A stretch of 64,000 bases of DNA from Hyphochytrium catenoides (Eukaryota > Protista > Hyphochytriomycota): NCBI GenBank assembly GCA_900088475.1, contig FLMG01000941.1, forward strand, positions 372,001-436,000, read 5' to 3'. The notes under the pieces are model-generated. The model saw only the letters and a program-made list of their open reading frames with translations. It was not told the DNA's origin and ran no database searches. Both the position numbers and the translations under genes were made by a program. Positions 50,201 through 61,922 of this stretch are shown piece by piece (positions within the stretch are counted from its first letter, which is position 1; the number at the start of each line of letters is the position of its first letter).

Positions 50201-51075
50201 CTTCTCTCCCCATTCCCTCTCTCCTTGCCATTACGACGAGGAGGAGAAAAGCTCAAGCTGAACATCTTCTTTGGAGGGCCCTGAGCTACGGCCTCCTCCT
50301 TCTGCCTGCGCGGTGGCGAGAACTGCATGATGAACATTTTCTTGTCTGCTTCTTTATCGCCTTCTCTGTCTTTAGCAGCTTCTTGCTGGGCCTTGAAGGC
50401 TTCGGATGGCCTGAAGTTTACTCTCGCTCTCACTTCTGAAGGCGCATCCGTCCCCGGGCGCTGTTTTTGACAGGCAGAAGTGACAGATGGAGCTCTAGAG
50501 ACGCGAGAGGCAGGAGGAACAGCCCGAGAAGTAGATCCGAGACTGCCCTTCGGAACTCTTCCTGCAGCTTTTTTGGCCTTGAACGCCTGCAGCTTTGCCT
50601 CTCTGCTAGCTTGATCTGCTGCTTCTCGTCCTGATCCGACCGCTACAGCTGAAGTTTGCATGGCCTGAGATGGAACAGAGAAACTCTTCTTGATCTCTCC
50701 CTGTCTTGGAGCATGGCCAGGACCAGGTCTGCTCACGGTAAAGGAGTTTTCTGATTCTTTTGGGACATTCTCTTTCTCCTTTATGGAGTCCAGGACTCGC
50801 TTGCTGCCGTTGCTCGTAAGAGAGTGACGGCTTTCCATGCTCTGCAGCATTCCTTCAGCTTTCTGCACAAAGCTTTGTACGGATTGCGGAGCTTCAAAGT
50901 TTGGACCGTCCTCCATTCTAGGAGGCTTCTCGGGGCCTATCGCAGCCTGCTGCTCGCTCTCCTGCTGGTTACCGAACCAGCTGCTGAAGAGCCCCAAGAC
51001 ATTACCTTTGCCTGGGGCATAGAATGAAGGCCGCACTGGCTGGCCAGTACCGTGGCTGTCAAGACTCTCGCTCAT
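44290..51075 (-). CDS. Kinesin-14 (C-terminal motor, KIFC1/Kar3-like), about 15 exons
   Basis: Disordered tail (51075-50179), coiled coil (~49547-47352), neck [106 protein letters not shown]; stop at 44290-44292. Confidence 0.93.
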
Positions 51076-52700
51076 TTTCTTCGGGTTAGGGACTGGAAAG
51101 GATGCAGACCAGGAGAGATCGCACGTTGATCATACCCTGGACGGAGACGACAGAGAGAAGGAATCCTTGGGCTATTCGGCAAGGGATGATAATGGCCAGC
51201 TCTCAGACGTCACAATCTGGAGCTGCTAATCTCAAGATTCACCTACGCTGAGCCCTTTCATCTGAGCAGCCAGCCTTCCTTGCCTGGTGCTCTCTTTCTC
51301 CCTTCTACTCTACCCTCCCTATGGTGTGTGCCTTGCCCCACTCCTGCCCTCTCACTCAGTGTCCTCTCGTTCTTCTCCTCCCGATTGAGCCTGTCTTCTC
51401 TTCATCATACAAGAAGTCTCTTCATCGCCAAGCGGCCGGGTCTGCAGCTCTAGGAAATGAATGAGCGTTCGTCTTTCGTTGCTTTGGCCCAGCGCTGACC
51501 AAAGTGAGAGGAAACACTTTATAACTCAAGAGAGAGGTGAGAGTGCGAGAAAGAGAGTTGTAGGAGATATAAGAGAGAGAAAGAGAGTGAAGAAAGAGAG
51601 GAAGAGAGTAGGAGACACAGAGAGAGAAAGAGAGAGAGACAAAGAGACAGAGAGAGAGAGAGAGACAAAGAGACAGAGAGAGAGAGAGAGNNNNNNNNNN
51701 NNNNNNNNNNNNNNNNNNNNNNNNNNNNNNNNNNNNNNNNNNGAGAGAGAGAGAGAGACAGAGAGAGGGAGGAGAGAGGGCCTTTACCAGACCATCCCAA
51801 AGAATTTGAAAAGATTTAGAGCCGTTAACGCACCTTCTTGTGTTCTGTTTCCGTTAGCGTCAATCGTTACACCTCCAGCAGTGACCATGAACGAACTACA
51901 TCCAAAGCCTTAAATAAAGAGATTGTACCCTTTGAAGAGACCGGGGGTAACAGGTACAACGCACCCATAAATCGTTCCTACACTCTGTACCCTTCTCTTG
52001 TTGAAGCTCCATCATGCATCCGTTTCCCGTCTGCACTTCACCCACACAACCCTGCATAATACCAGGACCATTAGTTCTATACGCTCTTTCCAAGATCAGC
52101 GGCCACAGACGAGCGGAAGGCTACTCTTGGCCTGGCGGTCAACGGTGCCAATAATGCAAGGTATCATACGTGTGAGGCAGGCTTTTTCTGCTGGGACTTA
52201 TGACTCGTGTGCTCCATTATTGTGCTTTGATGGTAGAGGCTTACCATGAAGCAGCCCAAATATTCCATTTATGCGGGGTTGGTGAGCATGCTAAGATTGT
52301 CTCGAAGTTTGCAAAAAGCCTCAAGGAAAGGTAGATGGACTGGGTGCAAAGGAGACGATATGGGTCAAGAGAATATAGACTAGAAGCTCTAGTGAGAAAG
52401 CAAGATTTGATGAAACAAGGGAGGCATGCCCGCTGAAGCATGATAATGAATGCTGCAGAGTTGTGAACCAAAGAGATGCCACACGAGCGAGCGAGCCCAG
52501 CTAGGGTCTCGATATAAAGAAGAGCACTTCTTCCTTTATTACAGCAGGAGAAGGAACCCCAGACTGCCCAACCTGACGCCATCGCTATCATCGAAACGTA
52601 TAAAGAACCCTAAACACGGATAGGGCCAAAGTGTTTGCCACACCTCTACGATTCACGTAGCAGTTGCTATCAGTACTCTAACGTTTGAAGGGCTCATCAT

Positions 52701-52747
52701 TTCGAGCCTACGTATCGCTTCGAGCCTACGTATCGCTTCGAGCCTAC
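52701..52747 (+). repeat. 18-bp tandem repeat, 2.6 copies
   Basis: TTCGAGCCTACGTATCGC x2 plus TTCGAGCCTAC. Confidence 0.92.
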
Positions 52748-52806
52748 CTTCCGCAGGTCCTCTATAATCAAGCAAGCTCTCAGTCTCGCTCCGTGAAGTC
52801 CCAGCG

Positions 52807-53573
52807 CTACGAAGATCCTCCAATTACGACGGCCCACTCCCTAACCCTCCAATCGCGCACCAATCCATTCTTCACATATGGGTCGGCCTGATCGGCATCA
52901 CCAAGTCGTCCCACAATCAAGAAGTAGGATAGTTCGCATTAGGACACTAATATGAAAGAAGGCAAGATGAAGAACAGTGGGGAACGGGAGACTCATGGGT
53001 TGTACAAAACTAGGAGCGTGCGAAGCAAAGTAGCTGAGGTCAGGGAGCCATACATCAGTAGGGATATTGGAATAACAGCGATGTACACACAGTTGTCGAT
53101 TGAAGTAGCGCTCGGATTCCTGCCTACCTTTGCAAAGGCCTCCACTGACTCTTTATCTGCAGTTCTAAATATTAGGAGTGCGGCGTCTGTTGGATCCATA
53201 AAGGCACCACCCAGTAGGAGGTCTCCTCGTTTTAGGTAGTCATTAGCATGAGAAAGATGAGCGGGCCTGAATGGCCCTCGCTTGTCCAGAATCCCCTCTA
53301 CATAGTCATACTGAGAAGCAAAGAGAGCAGATGGTTAGGATAGAAAGACTGAAGGCGTTGACTAAAAGCTCCTGAGAGCGGGATAACCTGAAGAGCCCAG
53401 TACTTCCGTTTGTGGCCATCATCCGCTGTACTACCAAGTCGCCTTGTTTGCGTGAAGTGACTAAGTCCTTGCCTCACAGTCCGAGAAAGATCCTGAGTCG
53501 AAGCGTCTATTGGTGGTGCTGTCCGGCACAAAGTTCTACCAAGTGCCGATGTCCGATTAGCTAGTGATGCCAT
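52807..53573 (-). CDS. YciI-family protein with N-terminal extension, 3 exons
   Basis: Exons 53573-53388, 53310-53128, 52887-52807 give ...KYWALQ/YDYVEGILDKRGPFRPAHLSHANDYLKRGDLLLGGAFMDPTDAALLIFRTADKESVEAFAK/ADPYVKNGLVRDWRVREWAVVIGGSS*, with the YciI R..H and DPY motifs. Confidence 0.9.
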
Positions 53574-54278
53574 CTCATCCAGTACGTCCGGTCCGATCAC
53601 ATCTAATGTCTCTTCATGTGCTAGGTCCTTTATGTTTTGACGTTGAGACGGCTACATTCGACTGCTCGAAGAGGCTAAGACAACATGGACCGTTCTGCAC
53701 TCAGCTTGCTTGGGTTGTGCTGCTTCTGAAGATCAGAAACACAAGCTGGTTGCAACATGATTTTCGAGTCATAACCGAGTAAATGTATCTGTGGACGATG
53801 GTTTCAACTGCCGTATGGACCCACATTTACCCGGGCTCTGACTCGGGTTAATGACCTCCAAGTAAAGATTGGCAAAAGATCTCACACATACAGCCTCTTG
53901 ATGGAAGAGACAGGTGGCAGCTCGCTTGAGGATAGCGGTGTGCCCTTCTGACTATTCCTAGTAGGACCTGTGGTACTATTCCACTGCCTGCCTCTCATGC
54001 TCACAAGCGGAATTCCAGAGTAAGCTTTCTTTTGTTGCTAGGTAGCAGAAGTGTAGACTGGGTTGATTAGTTCTATAGGTTTACCTATGGCTTGGAAGAT
54101 AACGATTGTCTGCCTTCGAAAGAGTCAAAGGGAAAACCTAGGAACTAAAAGGAGTGTAGCTTAACTTTCCTATGAGTTCGACAAGTTTATCACACAGGCG
54201 CAGGCGGGAGGGTCACACATCAGAGTGTTTGATAGATAATAGTGATTAACCTTCTATTGTAGGATTTTGTACAAAAAT

Positions 54279-54878
<600 letters not shown>

Positions 54879-55761
54879 TCACACCACGATGGGTTGGCCT
54901 TCATTTACTGATAGAATAGACTGGCGCATCATATGTCAACCGTCTAAAGGTCTGAAACGCGGCATATGAAATTGTGAGGGATACCTCCGTTCGAGGTGTG
55001 TGACACGTCCAACGCGTTCTAATTTAATGTTAGGTGATCTGCTAATACAACCCTAGGGAAAGCACACCTTTTGATGGTCGATGAGGCTCGGGTAGCATTT
55101 GAATTAGCAAGATAGCCGTTAGCGGCTGGATGCGGGAGGTTCAAGCGGTAGGGGCCGTTACATGCGACACTTGGCTGGGAATTGGACTCGTGCTGCTTCT
55201 GCAGACGGGAAGGGCTTAGAGACAGAGGGAACAGAGCATCATAGTGCAGAGATAAACAGGACCGAAGGCAGTGCGAACAGAGAGAGAGAGAGACAAAGGG
55301 CAAGGATAGAGAGAGAGAGGCAGCAGCGAACAGATGAGAGGGCACACTCTCTCTGCAGACGTCTTCATACTCCCTAGAACTATTACAGGTACGGAGCCAC
55401 ATAGAAAAGTCTGGAAGCTCGCATACGAGAGTAATAATAGATCGGACGAGGAGAGGGAACTAAAGGCCCATTTCAGTCTAGGAGTCATTAGCCGAGGCAC
55501 CGGCTCTCTTTTTAGCGGTTCAACAAGAGTATCGCCTTGAAGACTCACCTTCCTTACATTTCTTGCTCTCCTCGCTTGCCCATCACACTCCTCCTCCACC
55601 GATAGATCGATTGACGCCAGAACAGATCGAACCTTCTATGCATATTGGTAAACGATTGAGATCCCTGGTGCACCACTTACATATGACCTAAGATTAGCGG
55701 TCCATGAAGGGCCGGCGAAAATAAAGAGCCGATATATAAGATGTGTGCCTTGAATAGACTA

Positions 55762-58700
55762 TTATACGCATGCCTGAGGCCCTAAGACCTCTTGCAAATC
55801 TTTTCTCTTGGCTACGGCGGCCACCACGGGCTCGTACTCCTGCCATAATTCTGAGTATAAATCTGCCAGCTTCACCTTCACTGCGTCCTTCGATAGCCCC
55901 TCAAACTCCTCCTTAGACCTTTTGAGCAGGCGCCGTTTGACCTTTGACTGAAAGTTAGGGTCCAACAGAAGTAAAAGTTAAGTAGAGAGAGAACGAGAAG
56001 TGAGGGACAGAGAAAGCTAGACATCGAGTGGAGAACTCCAGAGGTAAAAGAGAAAAGCCAACAGGGAAAAGGTATAGTCGCTGCTTGAGGAGGGCCCAAA
56101 TTCTACAACCAGCCTCTACCCGCCGCTAACCTTTAGTCTAAAGTCCGTCTGCATCTTTTCTTGGCCCTTGAAGACCACAGCGAGGGCCCTCATTAGCTCC
56201 AGAGTCCTTTGTCCTTGTGATTTTGTTATCTTCAATCTCTGCGTCCAGTTGTTAAGAAGATAAAGCAAAGAGAATTAGTGAGATGTAATAGGAAGGAGAT
56301 CGTCCGCAACGCTCAAAGTCATCTTACTTTGTGCAGTTCCTCCGCCCTTTCTGAGGACAGGTCGAACTCCTCGTGTCCTAGCTGGTGCAAAAAGCTAAGG
56401 TCTTGAAGGGCCATTGCCCGCTGGAGGTCTGTTAAGTCTCGGAGCTGAAGGGCCATTTAGCAGAAGGTGGGATGGCGGGGAGTGAGAGTCCAGTAGGGAA
56501 AAAAGACGAAAAGAGAGACAAAAGCCCAGGTGGAATAGGCGGAGAGGAAGTTATTTTTCCAAAGCTATATCTCCGAGCCTACCCTCACGAAGCCTGGGCA
56601 CGGGTCCTCAACCGTCACCTCGTACACCAGCTGCCGCTTGAGAGCATCTTCATACACTGCTTGTAAGAGCTCTCCGCCGTGCCCTGTTCGTACGCAGAGA
56701 GAGTGACGGCGGTAAGAGGATGGAAGGACAAAAGGGGAGCGTTGGAAGAAATGGAAACCACCAGTGAGAAGTGTCACTTGTTAGCGAGGCCCAAAGCAAG
56801 TCTATCAACAGACTCAGAACAAGCTTTAGACCTTTGGAACAAATTGGAGACAGTGCAAGCGGATGATAGGAGGAAGTAAATGCAAGAGCTGTGTGGGAGT
56901 GAGAAGTAATAAGTGATCTACGCAGTCAGGCCTTCTCTCCTTGGTAATCAGCTCAACCTCGTTCTCCTCTTGCTCGATGCCTTCCTTACCTTGTCTCTGG
57001 AACGGGGGAAGCACCAGCGCCTGACAGATCCTCATGCTCTCTGATTGTACGGCAGGCTGGCCGTTCCTATAGGGAGTAGAGAAGGTAAAGACCGTCACAT
57101 AGCCTGCGATACAGAAGGAAGGAGGCTCCCCTTCCTTGTATCTATCTGTCTCAGCAGAGCTTCTCTCGAGCTCGTCCTTGCAACCACTTCTCTTTCCATC
57201 CTTTGCGTCCTTGCAGGCCCCTGGTTCAGCGGTGGGTTCGGACTGGAGGAGAGTGGGGCCACAAGCGTATAAATAGTAGACCTCCCATCTCGGATCTTGC
57301 AGATCGATGGGATCGGCGCCTTGCCAAGGAATAGAGCAACTAGGGTTAAGGAAAGCGATTCGCCTAGATTAGAGGAGGCAACCAGCCAGATATCTGACAA
57401 GAGAACTTCAGCGATAGAGTGTCAAGAATGACTACTTAACAGGCGAAAGTGACAGCGAATGCAAAGAAGAAAGGTTGCAAGCTCATGCTACTGAGAAAAT
57501 GGCAAGATTGAAGCAAGAGAAAGACATAGTAGAGCTGAACGTCGAAAAAGACAGACATGTAGGTGAAACGTGACTCAGTAATAGAAGAGTCACTTTGCTA
57601 TCTACCTTCAATAAACCAGTAAGAGAGAGTTTGCAGTCGCTCATGGATGGGCAGTGTAGAAGAATCAGAGACCTTGCTTCGATATATCTGGAAGGAGAGA
57701 GAAGAGGATGGCGAAGGAAGGAAGCTGGTCGGAGATCCGGACCTCTGGCTGCCGGGAGCCTCCCTGCAGTACGACTTAACTAGAGTTCCCACCGGGCGCC
57801 GGATATGAATTGACTCGTTCACTTCTTCCTCACTTTCTTTCGTTTCTAATGGCTCTAATCGAGGCTCCGAACCCTTTATGAACTTGGCGTCAGAAGGCAG
57901 AGCACTTTTAAGCGCTTCTTCTAGATCGGGAGGAGAACGCCTAGACAGGTGACAGGCCAGAGAACACAAAAATAAGACTTTAAGTTGCCTCACTCTGCAG
58001 TTGCAAGAAAGACCAGTAAGGGGGCTATAGACAAGCGATTCATAACCACAAAAGGCGTTACAGAAGAGAGAACTCGGAACGAAGCAACCGACAGAACATC
58101 GAGCCAAAGCAGGAAAGAGGCAATGCTGCTATTCATTCACAGGCCTCGTCCACTCACTCAGCCGCTGCCTCTTTACTGCCGCTATAGCTGATGGAATAGG
58201 CGCAAGAGCCGTCCAGCCCGTCCACGAACAAGTTGATTTTCGGGTTGATGTAGCCACGTATCTGCTGCTCAGTACCGAAAAATTGGTAGGAGAGGTCAGG
58301 GTGGAAGGAGAAACGGGTCCATCGGCCTCCAGGATGAGGAGCGCCGCCCACGTCTTTTCATTCAATTCATTGTCGCCCAAAAGGGTTAATAACGGACCAT
58401 TAGCGAGCAGCACGGAGAGAAGTGAGCGATAGCTTCTGAGAACGAGAAGCAGGAAGACCTTAAGAAGCTGGGTGGCAACTCAGACAGAGAGGCATAGGGG
58501 GGACAACTGCCAGACTCGGGCAAGACCGACGGAAACAAGACACTGGGATGTCTGACAATGCTGTTTACGTGCAAGGACAGATATGAGCTAAACCTTTAGC
58601 TAGCGAGAAACTCAAAGATATTGACTTTGGGGTTGCAGACGGAGTATCTTAGCAACTTTTAGACCTGACCAGATATATAGACAAGACAGTAGAGTCTATC

Positions 58701-58866
58701 GATCATAGCTGGACTTACTCAAATGAATAGTGATGGCATCATTGGAGCTGGTCACCCATTCGTCTTCTTCCTCAGTTACTCCTTCAGTCTTTTGTGGGTA
58801 AGCTGTCAATAGGGTGTCATTCCCCTGTCCAGGGTCTAACTTCGCTCTCTTCCAGTCCTGTTGCAT
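55762..58866 (-). CDS. HAT1: Histone acetyltransferase type B catalytic subunit, about 8 exons
   Basis: EWVTSSNDAITIHL, FHPDLSYQFFGTEQQIRGY, HERLQTLSYWFIEG/ADPIDLQDPRWEVY, RICQALVLPPFQRQ/GHG (motif A), EVTVEDPCPGF/LRDLTDL, FRLK/VKRRL. Confidence 0.93.
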
Positions 58867-59660
58867 ACTTCCTCAGACTCGACAGCACTAGCTGGGGGAT
58901 CGGCTATGGTTCCTCTTTCACTCTTCGGAGCTTTATCTCCTCACGCCTTGAGACTTAGTCTCCCTCTGCAAGGTGGGGTGGCCTTTCACATCCCTCTATA
59001 GGCTGCCCCGCAGGCGAAGCAGGTGAAGCAGCAGGTCTCTAAGACCAAGAGCGAGCACCAGCTAAACAACAACTATCTAGGAAAGGAGAGAGTGATCGCC
59101 GTGTGCTCGCCGCTGTTTGCACTAACTTTCTGAGCTTCGGAATGCATGCTTCCCGCGAGATTTGCCCGTCATCCTTAATCTATCCATATCTTGTCGAGGA
59201 TAGAGTTTACTCTAAGCGTTAATATCCGTAATCACGACAAGCATAGTTAGTTTTTGTCAAGCAAGACAGAGTATCTAAGAGATGAGGGTGGAAGGAAGAG
59301 ATCCTTACAATAGCTTAAGCTTGCTAGGGTAATAGAACAAGACAGAGTGGCCAGGGCTGAAACAGAGCGGAGATAGAAATGGAGGTGGAAGAGAAGCTTC
59401 TTCTCAGCTTCTGTGCAACACAAACTGCCCTGCTCTTCTTGGTCTTCAGAAGTCTCCGTCAACAGATAATGTGTATGAAGCTACAGCTTCTTGCGCCACC
59501 GGCTCTCAAGATCATTAGGACCTGGTGCCGTTGATGCTCAACCTTGTTAGGCGCATTAGTCTATCTGCTGTCTGCGTGTGGCGGCTGGGGCTTATCTGAG
59601 TTTAGAGGATAGAGCAGCGGGAAGTGGCAGAAGGCCTAGAGATAGGGGAAGAGAGCAGGG

Positions 59661-61566
59661 ATGTCCACTCCGGAGGTGATCTTGTGCGATGACAGTCTGC
59701 ACCCAGCGGCACTGGGCTCCCTTGTTTCTCTTGGAACCTTTGATGAATTAGCGCATCATCCTGCAGCTATCGATGTCGACCCCGAAAGACAGCTTCAGGA
59801 GGCGCTAGAATCCAAGACCCAAGGAAATAGGTATGATTGGCTTCATCACTTGCAAAGCCTCCTGTGTCTTTTATTCAAAGTATAGGCTCTGTCGGTTGGC
59901 GTGCCTGGTCTTTCTTCCTTCCCCTCGCCAGCTGAGCATTTGGCCTCTTGACAGTCTATTCGCGAAAGGAGAGTACCGAGAAGCGTTCGGAATGTACTCT
60001 TTGGCGCTGAAGGTGTGCCCAGCAGACTCGAAGTATGCCAATGACAGAGTACGTGGCTCCTTCATCTGCGTATCTATCTTTGCTCTCCTGTGGACTTCTA
60101 TATCACTATAGTTCCTGACTATCAGCCTTCGCCCTTGCTCTCCCCGCTCTCTCGTTCTCTGTCTTCTCTCGCATTATGACTCTATTGCTGCCCTTTCCCT
60201 CTATCTGTTCCTGTTATGTGATGCTTTCAACTCTCAGGAATCTTGTCTAACCTTTGAGCTTTCTCTTCTTTCCATGGGGCCTATGGAAGGCTGTATTTCA
60301 CTGCAATCGAGCGGCATGCTCGCTGCATCTGGTAAGGCGGAAGTTGGAAACCTCGCTGTGTACTGCTCCTAATTTCTTCATGGCCCTCATCAGATCGATG
60401 TCTCTCTTTCCAGCGTAGATCCTGCTGCTTGTCGGGGCAACGTGTCTTGCTATCGCTCCAACCCCCTCTTTCTTGTCCTTCCTCGTCCTGTGTTTGCCAC
60501 AGTTCTTCCGCTATTGATCCTCCTCGTAGTACGTTGACTCTCCTCCCCATGCTATATAAACTGTCCTAACCTAAAGGGTGAACCAGGGCGACCTTGAGGA
60601 CGCAAGGGACGATTGTGATGCTGCTATTGAGCTGAACCCTAAATACCTAAAGGTAATGATGCTTTTTGCGCTTCTGTGCCTCGTCCCATCCGCTTCCGAT
60701 ACCTCAAAAGGAGATGAGTTCAAGGAGACCAGGGAGTTTAGTTATGTCATCTTATGCTGGATAATTGTTTGGTCGTGGTCTCTGAACTTGGCTTTGAGTT
60801 CTGTGTTCCGCTGTCTCGTAGGCACTCCGGTCCCTATCTTCAAGATTTGCTCTTCTCGTTTTCTCTTCATGTCGTCTTTGTGGCTTAGCTTTGGAGCTTC
60901 CCTCGACTTAAGTTTCTTCCTCGACATTGCCCAGGCACTTCTTCGGAGAGCGCAGCTTAATGAGAAATTAGATAACCTGGACGATGCGCTTAGAGATTTG
61001 AATTCTTCGTTGGAGATCGATCCTTCGCTACACAGCGCCAGAAGAGATGCGCATAGACTGGATAGCATTATTAAAGAGAGGAATGAGAAGCTGAAGGCCG
61101 AGATGTTAGGTAAGAAGCGTCAAGCGGCGGACTATGCACATTTTTTTCTATCCTGGAGTCCACGGTGACTCTCACCGTCCCTCCAAAAATTACGGTGCCC
61201 ACATCGTCAGCTGTGAACTCCAAAGCAGCAAAGTTATGGCAGCCCTGTCAAGCTCGCTGAGTCTTCACAAGCTTTCTGACTTTTTCTGATCGCTTTCCCT
61301 ACCACGAAGCGCGCCTATATCTCCCTTTCCTTGGGCGCTTTTAGTCACCTACTTCTTGGTCTTGTCTTCTTGTTCCTCGCCAACAGTCTAAGTATGTCTC
61401 TGTCAATTGGGTTGTCTTGGTGGTTCATGTTGCAGGAAAACTCAAAGATTTAGGGAACACAATCTTAGGAAAGTTTGGCATGAGCACTGACAACTTCAAG
61501 ATGGTGCAGGACCCTGGGTCAGGGTCATATAACATTCAGTTTGTACAGAACCCGAAGGGCGCGTAA
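59661..61566 (+). CDS. TTC1: Tetratricopeptide repeat protein 1, 6 exons
   Basis: Exons approx. 59661-59830, 59954-60048, 60290-60331, 60586-60652, 60935-61109, 61436-61566. TPRs (KTQGN/SLFAKGEY, FHCNRAAC, AIELNPKYLK/ALLRRA) and the TTC1 tail KLKDLGNTILGKFGMSTDNFKMVQDPGSGSYNIQFVQN. Confidence 0.92.
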
Positions 61567-61922
61567 AGAAGATTGTAATAAAGAGAAAGAAATTGAGATG
61601 AGAAGGAGAGCTTGCGAAAGGGCCAATGGGCGGGAAAGAATATAGAAGCGGATGCAAGGATTGCGTGATAGCGAACGAGGATAAGAGAGGCGGAGCTGTT
61701 CCGCCAGAGGAGGAGATTGAGTATAAGGATGAGGGCTCCGAACGAAACGTTAACTAGCAGCTCAACGGGAACAGTCCAACTTGTGTTAGGATATGGTACA
61801 GCGAGAAGGTGATCCAAGTAAGAAGGAACTATGACAATGTACTCTCTCGGTCTAGTGAACGGCTAGAGGACAAAAGAAAGGTGGAGAGAAGCACCAAAAA
61901 TGCGAGGTAGAGTGGTTACACC

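Noticed and set aside
51780-52620. Short ORFs between the kinesin and YciI genes
   Set aside because: No recognisable motifs or consistent splice model; left unannotated.
52701-52747. CRISPR-like array
   Set aside because: Contiguous tandem repeat without spacers, eukaryotic context, no cas genes.
52839-52848. CCCTAACCCT telomere-like sequence
   Set aside because: Under two units, and it encodes RVRE in the last YciI exon.
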